Below are positions 1-8,924 of a DNA stretch of 64,000 bases, piece after piece. The position numbers were made by a program, and so were the translations under genes. Positions within the stretch are counted from its first letter, which is position 1, and every line of letters starts with the position of its first letter. The notes beneath the pieces were generated by a model. The model saw nothing but the letters and a program-made list of their open reading frames with translations, searched no databases and was not told where the DNA came from. Source of the DNA: an uncultured delta proteobacterium (GTDB lineage Bacteria; Desulfobacterota; Binatia; Binatales; Binataceae); the NCBI GenBank assembly GCA_963783145.1, contig CAWAMM010000004.1:326414-390413 (forward strand). Direction: 5' to 3'.

Positions 1-12
1 ACGCTTTCCAAA

Positions 13-720
13 TCAGTCGGTCGGCACCAATTCGACGCGCCGATTCTGTGCGCGACCTTCGTCGGTATCATTCGAGGCGACGAAGTTGGTCTTGCCGAAG
101 CCACGCGGAATCAGTCGCGAGGCCACGATGCCGTGATCTTCGAGATACTTGGCCACCGCATCGGCCCGGCGCTGCGATAGCTTGAGGTTGTATTCCTCGC
201 TGCCGATCGCGTCGCAATAACCGTCGACGTAGATGTTCACGTCCGGATGCGCCTGGAGAATTCCGACCGCCTCATCGAGGATCGCCGCGTCACCGGGGCG
301 GATCTTCGACTTGTTGAAGTCGAAATGTACTCCGCGCAGCACCAGCTTCTCATGCTTGGCCGGAGGCGGAGGAGGCGGCGGTGGTGGCGGAGGAGGTGGT
401 GGCGGTGGAGGAGGCGGCGGTGGCGGCGGCACCAACGGATCGCAGACGAAATGCCCGGCCAGGCCGCCGATCAGAGCGCCGGCAACTGCACCGCCTGCAC
501 CCGTCCAGGCCTTGCCGCTGCTGTTGGGGGGACCCTTGCGGCTATTGTCGTAGATGACAATGCCGGAAGCCGCGCCCGCGCCTGCACCGAGGCCAGCGCC
601 GACTGCGGCACATCCACCCCATTCGCGGCCGCCCAAGGTGCAGCCGGCCAAGGCGCCTGCGCAAAATGCCAATCCGGCAACTGCGGCTAATCCTTTGAGT
701 ATCCAGGACTTAGGTCTCAT
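13..720 (-). CDS. OmpA-family outer-membrane lipoprotein with a glycine-zipper N-terminal region and a ~26-residue poly-proline linker
   Basis: Signal peptide with lipobox (LAGC). Gly-zipper segment (GxxxG repeats). Run of about 26 Pro. C-terminal OmpA_C-like peptidoglycan-binding domain (NKSKIRP...NLKLSQRRADAV...NRRVEL). Confidence 0.8.
   Translation of the reverse strand: MRPKSWILKGLAAVAGLAFCAGALAGCTLGGREWGGCAAVGAGLGAGAGAASGIVIYDNSRKGPPNSSGKAWTGAGGAVAGALIGGLAGHFVCDPLVPPPPPPPPPPPPPPPPPPPPPPPAKHEKLVLRGVHFDFNKSKIRPGDAAILDEAVGILQAHPDVNIYVDGYCDAIGSEEYNLKLSQRRADAVAKYLEDHGIVASRLIPRGFGKTNFVASNDTDEGRAQNRRVELVPTD
361..432. repeat. (GGN)n simple sequence repeat encoding the poly-Pro linker of the OmpA-like gene
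   Basis: About 72 nt of near-perfect ggaggcgg/ggtggcgg triplet repeats seen directly in the sequence. Confidence 0.9.
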
Positions 721-1037
721 GAGCTCTCCTCATCAGGTTCAGTTCGGCTGGTGGGACTAACCGCCGCGTGCATTATCCGCACATCGCATTTTGAAACTAA
801 TTGCCGGAAATATAACGGTCACGGGTCAAGACTTCAACATCCCGTAACAATCTTAATGACTGTACGGCCAGCAAGGATTTTTGAGTTTTCAGGGTCCGAT
901 GCCCCATTTTCGCGCTTATGCTTAGTCGCTAATCATCTTCCTCGCAAGCGTGATGACGCGGGTTCCGGGCTTCCTCCGGTCGCTATTCGCCGCAGTGGAG
1001 ACGCAGAGGCGCCAGGTGGCTATAATCTTTCCTTATC

Positions 1038-3275
1038 ATGCTGTCATTGGCGCGCGGTAAAGAAGGAAGCTTCAAACTGGTCTCGAGCTATCGCCCTGAG
1101 GGCGATCAGCCGGCGGCGATTGAAGCACTGGTTCATCATCTCAATGAGAACTTGCAGCATCAGGTTCTCCTTGGCGTAACCGGTTCGGGGAAAACCTTCA
1201 CCATGGCGAATGTGATTTCGCGGGTGAATCGGCCGACCCTCGTGATGGCGCCCAACAAGACCCTCGCCGCGCAACTTTACAATGAGTTCAAGAGCCTCTT
1301 CCCTGAAAATGCGGTCCGCTACTTCGTCTCGTACTACGACTATTATCAGCCCGAGGCGTATGTTCCTTCGACCGACACCTTCATCGAGAAGGACGCCAGC
1401 ATCAATGATGAGATCGACAAGCTGCGGCATTCAGCGACCAAGGCACTGCTCGAACGCAACGATGTCCTGATCGTCGCGTCGGTCTCATGCATTTATGGCC
1501 TCGGTGAGCCCGAGGTTTATTTCGAGATGGTGCTGTTCGTCGAGGAAGGCCAGCGCATCGATCGCGACAAGGTGCTGCGCAAGCTGGTTGATATCGCGTA
1601 TCAGCGCAACGACTACGATTTCCATCGCGGAACGTTCAGGGTGCGCGGCGACACGATCGAGGTGTTCCCCGCATACGAAGAGAGCAGGGCGGTCCGTATC
1701 GAGTTCTTCGGCGATGAGATCGAGGCGCTTTATGAGATCGATCCGTTGCGAGGAAAGGTCATCCGCAAGCTCTCGACCGTGTGCGTCTATCCCGCCTCAC
1801 ATTACGTGACGACCTCAGATCGAATGGAAGTCGCGGTCAAGAATATCCGCGAGGAGTTGAAGGAGCGCCTCGAGCTGTTTCGCTCTGAGAACAAATTGCT
1901 GGAAGCCCAGCGCCTCGAACAGCGCACCATGTACGATCTGGAACTGCTCGCCGAAATGGGCTTCTGCCCGGGCATCGAAAACTACTCGCGCCATTTGACT
2001 GGACGCATGCCGGGACAGGCGCCCCCGACGCTATTGGATTACTTCCCCAAGAACTCCCTGTTCTTCATCGATGAAAGCCACGTCACCATTCCGCAGATCG
2101 GCGGGATGTACCGAGGCGACCGCTCGCGCAAACAGACGCTGGTGGATTTCGGCTTCCGTCTCCCGTCTGCGCTCGACAATCGGCCGCTCAACTTCGAGGA
2201 ATGGGAACAGACCATCAAGCAGGCCGTCTACGTCTCCGCGACGCCCGGCGACTGGGAGCTCAAGAAGTCTGAGGGCTTGGTCGTTGAGCAGCTCATTCGC
2301 CCAACTGGCCTTATCGATCCCGAGATCGAAGTGCGCAAGGCCGGCACTCAGGTCGACGATTTGCTCGATGAGATTCGCAAGCGCGTCGAAGTGAACGAGC
2401 GCGTGCTGGTGACCTGCCTCACCAAGAAAATGGCCGAGGATCTTACCGACTACTACCACGACCTTGGCGTGCGCGTGCGCTATCTGCATGCCGATATCGA
2501 GACGATCGAGCGGGTCGAGATAATTCGTGGACTGCGCCGCGGCGACTTCGATGTGCTGGTAGGCATCAACCTGTTGCGCGAGGGACTCGATTTGCCCGAG
2601 GTCTCGCTGGTCGCGATCCTCGACGCCGATAAGGAAGGCTATTTGCGCTCGCCGCGCTCCCTGATCCAGACCATCGGGCGCGCGGCCCGCCATATCAACG
2701 GCAAGGTCATCATGTATGGCGACAAGATGACCGATTCGATGAAGTTCGCCATCGACGAAACCTACCGCCGCCGCGCCAAGCAGCTCGCCTATAATGAGGA
2801 GCACCACATCACGCCCGCGAGCATCAGCAAGGCTATCGATGCGTCGTTGGTCGAGATGTACTCGCCCGAATGGGCGGTGGTGCCGGAGATCGGTGACAGC
2901 AAGCCCTCGAAAGAAGACGATTTTCCGGCGCATGAGCTTTCGGATCGCATCACCGACTTGCGCCGTCAGATGATGGAGGCTGCCGACGGGCTCGAATACG
3001 AACGGGCGGCGGAACTCCGCGATCGCATCAAGAAGCTCGAGCGCAAGGTCTTCGGGCAATCGATGGGTACCGAGCGCGCCCCGCAACCTCCCAGCCTACC
3101 GCCGGGCTCTGCGGGCACCGGCGCTATCCGCGCCAATCGCGAGCGGATGGAACGTCAAAAGCCGCCCGAGACCAGCATCCTGGGGATGCGCACGCGCGGG
3201 ATGCGCAAGGACAAGGGCACCGCGCCCGCCGCTAAGCAGGGCCGCCTCAAGCTGATCCCCGATGCTCCGAAATAG
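1038..3275 (+). CDS. uvrB: Excinuclease ABC subunit B (UvrB) with a C-terminal basic extension of about 80 aa after the UVR domain
   Basis: N-terminal FKL.S.Y.P.GDQP.AI motif. Walker [14 protein letters not shown]. Helicase motifs. C-terminal UVR domain ([12 protein letters not shown]). 745 aa versus the typical ~670. Confidence 0.95.
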   Translation: MLSLARGKEGSFKLVSSYRPEGDQPAAIEALVHHLNENLQHQVLLGVTGSGKTFTMANVISRVNRPTLVMAPNKTLAAQLYNEFKSLFPENAVRYFVSYYDYYQPEAYVPSTDTFIEKDASINDEIDKLRHSATKALLERNDVLIVASVSCIYGLGEPEVYFEMVLFVEEGQRIDRDKVLRKLVDIAYQRNDYDFHRGTFRVRGDTIEVFPAYEESRAVRIEFFGDEIEALYEIDPLRGKVIRKLSTVCVYPASHYVTTSDRMEVAVKNIREELKERLELFRSENKLLEAQRLEQRTMYDLELLAEMGFCPGIENYSRHLTGRMPGQAPPTLLDYFPKNSLFFIDESHVTIPQIGGMYRGDRSRKQTLVDFGFRLPSALDNRPLNFEEWEQTIKQAVYVSATPGDWELKKSEGLVVEQLIRPTGLIDPEIEVRKAGTQVDDLLDEIRKRVEVNERVLVTCLTKKMAEDLTDYYHDLGVRVRYLHADIETIERVEIIRGLRRGDFDVLVGINLLREGLDLPEVSLVAILDADKEGYLRSPRSLIQTIGRAARHINGKVIMYGDKMTDSMKFAIDETYRRRAKQLAYNEEHHITPASISKAIDASLVEMYSPEWAVVPEIGDSKPSKEDDFPAHELSDRITDLRRQMMEAADGLEYERAAELRDRIKKLERKVFGQSMGTERAPQPPSLPPGSAGTGAIRANRERMERQKPPETSILGMRTRGMRKDKGTAPAAKQGRLKLIPDAPK

Positions 3276-3802
3276 CTCTGTGCGCGATGTCGCAGTTCAT
3301 TCCGGGCGTGCGCCGGGCGCTTTGCCAAGGCGATCGTGGATGAGATTAGGGACGAATCAATCCGAAACATTTACGCCAAAGTAGGACCCAGAGGTTCCAT
3401 CGATCAATTTGCTGACAGCACCAACCTGCTAACGAATACTGAGTTATGGACTCGGCTCCGCAGGTTGTTTGAAAGCACGAATTCCTAATCGATCAACCTC
3501 CGGTTGCGTAATATTGGGAACGGGCAACCGCATCCATTGGCAAGCAGATTTGGTCCGCGACGTGCGTCCTTAGCCATCACAGAAAAATCATTGGACTTAA
3601 CTTCGACGCGTCGTTAGACTCAGGTTTCGCTTAACAACTAGTGAAGCGTCGTAGACGCTTGATAGTTGCGAGGAGGCCGCGGCGCCTCGTAACCGGTCGT
3701 CGGGTGGGCGATGACCAGCTTCGAGGCGAAAATGTCACGGAATTGACATCCTGAATAATTTTGCATGTTTTTCTCGTCAAGTGTCATGTTTTGTTCTTGG
3801 CG

Positions 3803-3836
3803 TTATGCGTGAATGGGTTACAATCTCCCTGACAAG
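3803..3836 (+). promoter_or_regulatory. Candidate sigma70-type promoter (TTGGCG-N16-TACAAT) upstream of a small ORF
   Basis: Hexamers read directly in an AT-richer ORF-free region. A GAGGTGG Shine-Dalgarno lies 7 nt before the ATG at 3845. Confidence 0.3.
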
Positions 3837-3844
3837 ACTCCGAG

Positions 3845-4075
3845 GTGGCCACCATGCGAATTTTGCTCCAGCCGCCCAGGCCTGATGCCCCCAGCTTCGA
3901 GGTCGACTTCGAAATCCAAAAGGCATTAGTTGCGCTCCACGGCTACTCAATCAAGATTCGCGGTGCAGGACGATTCGGCGACGGAGCCGCTGCCATCGTG
4001 TTGCAACGCGAAACCGACCTGACGAGGGCGCTGGCCGCGCTCAAGGATGCCGGCATCCGAGCCTCGATGACGTAG
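3845..4075 (+). CDS. Small hypothetical protein (76 aa)
   Basis: ORF with a plausible RBS and promoter. No recognisable family. Confidence 0.3.
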   Translation: MATMRILLQPPRPDAPSFEVDFEIQKALVALHGYSIKIRGAGRFGDGAAAIVLQRETDLTRALAALKDAGIRASMT

Positions 4076-4234
4076 CTGTCGCGGAAGTCCGCCCTCCCAC
4101 CTGATTGGCTGCTTCAGCCGCTGCGTAGTTATATCGTTCGATGCCTGCCTGCCAATGTGCAGAAGGGACGCCCGGCCGTCTCGGGCGACTGCCGAAATTC
4201 TTCGCGAATTCCGCCATCGTGCTATAACTCTTCG

Positions 4235-7200
4235 ATGCCCTCCATCCTCGAGCGCTTTCATCCGGTCGTCCGTACCTGGTTCGAGCGTCGCTTCACCGCG
4301 CCCTCGCGCGCCCAGGAGCTCGGATGGCCCGTCATTGCGGATGCCACTGGGGCCGATGCGAACCGCGAACCGAGTCACGACGTGCTCTTGTGTGCACCAA
4401 CCGGCAGCGGCAAAACACTCGCGGCATTCATGTGGGCGATCAATCGTCTCGTTGTCGAGGCCGAGCAGGGCGCGCTTCGTGATGAGGTCTCGGTTCTGTA
4501 TGTCTCCCCGCTGAAGGCGCTGGCCAACGATATCCGCCTCAACCTCGAGGAGCCGCTGGACGGCGCCGGCGAGGTCGCGCGCGCGAGCGGGATCAAGATC
4601 GCCGACATTCGCGCCGGCCTGCGCACCGGTGATACGCCTGCCAATGAGCGCAGCGCGATGTTGCGGCGTCCGCCGCATATCCTCGTCACCACGCCCGAGT
4701 CACTGTTCATCCTGCTGACCTCGGCGCGGTTTCGCGACAAGCTCAAGTCGGTGCGGCACGTCATCGTCGATGAGTTGCACGCGATTGCCGGTAACAAACG
4801 CGGCGCTCATCTGATGCTCACGCTGGAGCGTCTCGAGCGGATGGTGATGGCGACCGGCGCGCCGCGACCCACGCGCATCGGCCTTTCCGCGACGCTTAAT
4901 CCGATCGAGCGGCTGGCCGAGTTCCTCGCCGGAGCGGAAGTTTCGCGCGAGGGCGTTCGAACGCCACGTCCCATCAAGATCGTGCGCGCCGATGATCGCG
5001 CGCGTCACATGGACTTGCGCGTGCTAACTCCGGGTCCGGAGTTGGGCCCGCTCGCGACCCATCCGCATTGGGAAGCGATGTATGACGAGCTCGCCAGGCT
5101 GATCGGCGAGCATCGCACGACGCTGGTCTTCACGCTGAGTCGTCGCGCCGCGGAACGGGTCGCGATCAATCTGCAGAAGCGCCTCGGCAAGGACGCGGTC
5201 ATGGCGCATCACGGCAGCCTCGCGCGCAAGGAGCGCCTCGACGCCGAGCAGCGCCTCAAGCGCGGCGAGTTGAAGGCCATCGTCGCCACCGCATCACTCG
5301 AACTCGGCATCGACGTGGGCGCGGTTGAACTCGTCTGCCAGGTTGACACTCCTAAATCGATTTCGGCAGCGATCCAGCGCGTCGGACGCTCCGGGCATAG
5401 CCTCGGTGCGACGCCGAAGGGACGCTTCTTCGCGATGACGCTCGACGACCTCCTCGAATGTGGCGCTGCGGTGCGCGCGATTCGCGCCGGACGCCTCGAT
5501 GAAGTGGAAATTCCAACCGGATGCATCGATGTGGTCGCGCAGCAAATCGTCGCGATCGCGGCCGAAGAGGGCGAAACTGGCGTCGGCGAGCACGAGCTGC
5601 TGGGTATCTTGCGCAGCGCCTACAACTTCGCCGATCTCAGCGAAGACACCTTTCGTCAACTCCTCAAGCAGATGGCGTCGGAGTTGAACGAACGCATCTA
5701 TGGTGCGGCGCCGAAGATTTTTTATGACCCGCGGCGCGGCCGCATAACCGCAAAACGTGGCGCGCGCATGGCGGCGATCACCTCGGGCGGCACCATTCCT
5801 GAGAATGGCAACTACGACGTCGTCATCGAGTCGCAGGGCCGCAAGATCGGCGACGTCGAGGAAGATTTCGCGCAAGAGTCGGTGCGCGGCGATATTTTTT
5901 CCCTCGGTTCGATGCCGTGGGAGATTCGGCGCATCTCACGCGGGCGTCTGATGGTCGAGCCGGCCCCCGGAATGGCGCCCTCGTTGCCGTTCTGGCAAAC
6001 CGAAGCCGCGGGACGCTCGTGGGGATTGTCCGCCGAGGATTGCGACTTGCGGCGCGAAATCGCCGCCCGGCTCGCGCGCGAGGGCGAGGCCAGCGCGAGA
6101 GCGTTTCTCGAAACCGAATGCATGCTCGACGAAGGGTCGGCGCGTCAGGCGGTGGATTATGTGCGTCGTGGCGTCGCCGCGCTGGGGGTGGTTCCGGACG
6201 AGCACAACATCGTGGTCGAGCGCTTCTTCGATGGCCTCGGCGGGACACAAATCGTCATCCACGCACCCTTCGGAATTCGCTTCAACCGCGGGCTCGGGCT
6301 GGCGATTCGCAAAAAGCTCTGCCAGAGCTTCGATTTCGAAATCCAGGCTTCCGCGATCGACGACGCGTGCCTGCTCGCCCTCAACGCCAAGCATAGTTTT
6401 CCGCTCGAAGATATTTTGCACATGGTCACCTCGCGCAACGCGCGCAACGTGCTCACGCAGGCGCTGCTCAACGCGCCGATGTTCGAGACCCGCTTTCGTC
6501 ACGTTGCCAGCCGCGCCCTCGCCATCATGCGCTCCAACAAGGGCGACCGGATTCCGCCGTATCTTCAACGCCTGCGTTCGCAGGAATTGCTCGCGGCGAT
6601 TTTTCCCGGCCAGCAGGCGTGCTTCGAGAACCGCCCGCCTGCGATCGAACTGCCCGACCACTACATCCTGACCGAGACGATTCGCGAATGCCTGGAAGAA
6701 TCGACCGATGCGGCGCGGATGGAAGCGGTCCTGCGCGGCCTCGAGGACGGCTCGATTCGCGCGCACGCGGTCGATTCGATTGCGCCTTCCGTCTTTGCGC
6801 ATCGATTGTTGCTCGCCTGGGACTACTCGTTCCTCGACGACGGCGAGCGCGCCAATCGCCGCTCGCGCACGGTGCAGATGAATCGCGGGATGGCCGAAGA
6901 CGTGCTGCGCTCGGAAGATTTGTCCGAGATGCTCTCGCGCGAGGCAATCGAGGGCGTCATTGCTGAAATCACCAGCACGGCGCCGAATCGGCGCGCGCGC
7001 ACGCCCGATGAGCTATGCGAAATCATCCGTACGCACGGTGGGCTGTCAATTGACGACGTCGCGGAGCGTGTGCGCGGCGATGGCGACGCGATCCTGGATG
7101 AGCTGCGCCGCGAAGGCCGCATCGTCGCGCTGCGCCCTACATCGATCGCGCCTGAGCTCCTCGTGACTTTCGAAGATGCTCCTTTTTATATGAGCGCGTA

Positions 7201-8785
7201 CCCCGAAGCCTCGCTGAGCGGCGAGGGTGCGGTTGCCGAAAGACCGGACCCGGATGCCTCGCGCGACGAGATCGTTCGACGCGCGTTCAAGACCTCAGGT
7301 CCTGCGACGCCGAAAGAGATGGCGCGGCGTCTTCACATGACGGATTCGGAAATCACCGGCGCGCTGACGCGACTGGAAGCCTCGGGCGCAGTCTTCCGCG
7401 GGCATTTCACCTCAGGCAGCGTGCAGCAATGGTGCGATCGCTATGTGCTGCAGCGGGTTCATCGCGAGACGCTGGCTAAAGTTCGCGCCGAGATCGAGCC
7501 GTGCGCGGATCAGGATTACGCCGCGTTCCTGATTCGATGGCATCACCTCGCCGGCGCCGATTTGGAAGAAGGGCAGGGCGGCCTCGCCGCGGTGCTCGAC
7601 CAGCTTTCCGGCCTGACTTTCGCGCCCGAGATATGGGAGCGCTCGATTCTGCCCGCGCGAGTTCCCGGCTATCGCCCCGAGCTACTCGACCTTCTGTGCC
7701 TTGGCGGACAATTCGCCTGGGTGGCGTTGCCGCCTGAAGATGAAATTCCTGACTTGCCGGCCAAGGTCGCCTTCGTAAATCGCCACGAACGATTTCTTTT
7801 CCAACCCGCGACCCCAGAGCCGTCCACCGATGCGAAGGAGCTGTCGATCTGGGGCGCGTTGAGCGCCGGCGGCGCGCAATACCTCGATCAGGTTGCCGAT
7901 CGCGCGGAGGTTTCCGAACGCGACGCGCTGGCCGCTTTGTGGAAGCTGGCCGCGCGCGGCCGCGTCTCAAACGATAGCTTCGCACCGCTGAGGATGTTCA
8001 CTTCCGCACCTGATGCCGCGCGACTGGTCGACGTCACCGCAACTCCTGGTGGCACGCGGCGCGATGCGGCCATGCGGGCGCGGCTCAAATCGAGCATCTC
8101 GGGCCGTTGGTCCGCGCTGGTGGCTCCCAAGAGTGAGCCGCACAGCGAGAACGATCGCCCGCGTGAGATCGCGATGTTGTTGCTTCATCGCCACGGTATC
8201 GTCGCGCGCGAGATGATGGCGCTCGAGTCCATCAACCTGCCCTGGTCAGAAATTCAGTTCGCGCTGCGCCGGCTCGAATATGGCGGAACGATTCGCCGCG
8301 GATGGTTCGTTCATTCGCTCTCGGGTGAGCAGTATGCGCTGCCGGAGGCGGTCGAGATGTTGCGTGCGATGCGCGGAGCGAATCCGGCGCGCGAAAAGCC
8401 GGTGGCGATGGGCGCCATCGATCCCGCAAATCCGTACGGCGCCGTCCTTAAAGGATGCGGCGTCGCGCGCGAGGCCGCGAACGTGGTGGTGATTCGTGGC
8501 GGAAGGTTGATCCTCGCGCTCGTGAGTCATGCGATCGTGACCGCACCCTCGATCGACAAGAATGGCGAGCCGCTCGACGACGAAAGCTTCTCGGCCGCGG
8601 CGGCAGCTCTGATGGCCACGCGTGGTAAGTTGCGCATCGACACTATCGATGAGGTGCCAGCGTTGGAATCCTCGCGGGTGGGACTGCTCGCCGCGATGCG
8701 CTTTCACTCGGATGGCCGCGCGCTGGTCTTCGACGGCCTGCCGGGACCGGCGCCGATGCGTGCGCGTCCCGCGACCCTCCGATAG
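4235..8785 (+). CDS. lhr: Lhr-family large ATP-dependent helicase (Lhr core plus the long C-terminal domain)
   Basis: N-terminus FHPVVRTWFERRF...PTGSGKTLAAF. DEAH box (VIVDELH). About 1500 aa, typical of full-length Lhr. Start moved from 4157 to the internal Met (MPSILERF) that matches Lhr N-termini. Confidence 0.85.
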   Translation: MPSILERFHPVVRTWFERRFTAPSRAQELGWPVIADATGADANREPSHDVLLCAPTGSGKTLAAFMWAINRLVVEAEQGALRDEVSVLYVSPLKALANDIRLNLEEPLDGAGEVARASGIKIADIRAGLRTGDTPANERSAMLRRPPHILVTTPESLFILLTSARFRDKLKSVRHVIVDELHAIAGNKRGAHLMLTLERLERMVMATGAPRPTRIGLSATLNPIERLAEFLAGAEVSREGVRTPRPIKIVRADDRARHMDLRVLTPGPELGPLATHPHWEAMYDELARLIGEHRTTLVFTLSRRAAERVAINLQKRLGKDAVMAHHGSLARKERLDAEQRLKRGELKAIVATASLELGIDVGAVELVCQVDTPKSISAAIQRVGRSGHSLGATPKGRFFAMTLDDLLECGAAVRAIRAGRLDEVEIPTGCIDVVAQQIVAIAAEEGETGVGEHELLGILRSAYNFADLSEDTFRQLLKQMASELNERIYGAAPKIFYDPRRGRITAKRGARMAAITSGGTIPENGNYDVVIESQGRKIGDVEEDFAQESVRGDIFSLGSMPWEIRRISRGRLMVEPAPGMAPSLPFWQTEAAGRSWGLSAEDCDLRREIAARLAREGEASARAFLETECMLDEGSARQAVDYVRRGVAALGVVPDEHNIVVERFFDGLGGTQIVIHAPFGIRFNRGLGLAIRKKLCQSFDFEIQASAIDDACLLALNAKHSFPLEDILHMVTSRNARNVLTQALLNAPMFETRFRHVASRALAIMRSNKGDRIPPYLQRLRSQELLAAIFPGQQACFENRPPAIELPDHYILTETIRECLEESTDAARMEAVLRGLEDGSIRAHAVDSIAPSVFAHRLLLAWDYSFLDDGERANRRSRTVQMNRGMAEDVLRSEDLSEMLSREAIEGVIAEITSTAPNRRARTPDELCEIIRTHGGLSIDDVAERVRGDGDAILDELRREGRIVALRPTSIAPELLVTFEDAPFYMSAYPEASLSGEGAVAERPDPDASRDEIVRRAFKTSGPATPKEMARRLHMTDSEITGALTRLEASGAVFRGHFTSGSVQQWCDRYVLQRVHRETLAKVRAEIEPCADQDYAAFLIRWHHLAGADLEEGQGGLAAVLDQLSGLTFAPEIWERSILPARVPGYRPELLDLLCLGGQFAWVALPPEDEIPDLPAKVAFVNRHERFLFQPATPEPSTDAKELSIWGALSAGGAQYLDQVADRAEVSERDALAALWKLAARGRVSNDSFAPLRMFTSAPDAARLVDVTATPGGTRRDAAMRARLKSSISGRWSALVAPKSEPHSENDRPREIAMLLLHRHGIVAREMMALESINLPWSEIQFALRRLEYGGTIRRGWFVHSLSGEQYALPEAVEMLRAMRGANPAREKPVAMGAIDPANPYGAVLKGCGVAREAANVVVIRGGRLILALVSHAIVTAPSIDKNGEPLDDESFSAAAAALMATRGKLRIDTIDEVPALESSRVGLLAAMRFHSDGRALVFDGLPGPAPMRARPATLR

Positions 8786-8924
8786 CGAGTCTGCTCCGTT
8801 CTCGCCCAGCCGTTTAACCAGAATCGTGCGCGCGCTATTGTTGGGTTGAATCACAAAATTGTTCGCGCCCGATGACGGCGCGAACTTCACTCGAAATCCT
8901 TCGCGGAAAGGAATCGGCGATCTC

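Noticed and set aside
233-760. Poly-Gly / poly-Arg-Trp ORFs on the plus strand
   Set aside because: Frame-shifted or antisense translations of the (GGN)n repeat inside the OmpA-like gene. Compositional artefacts.
2031-3086. 351-aa minus-strand ORF
   Set aside because: Lies within uvrB on the opposite strand.
3276-3330. Possible intrinsic terminator after uvrB (CCGGGCGtgCGCCGGG followed by CTTT)
   Set aside because: Stem imperfect and the U-tract is only 3 nt. Not confident enough to list as a feature.
5936-6802. 288-aa minus-strand ORF and neighbouring 100-170-aa ORFs
   Set aside because: All inside the lhr coding region on the other strand or in other frames.
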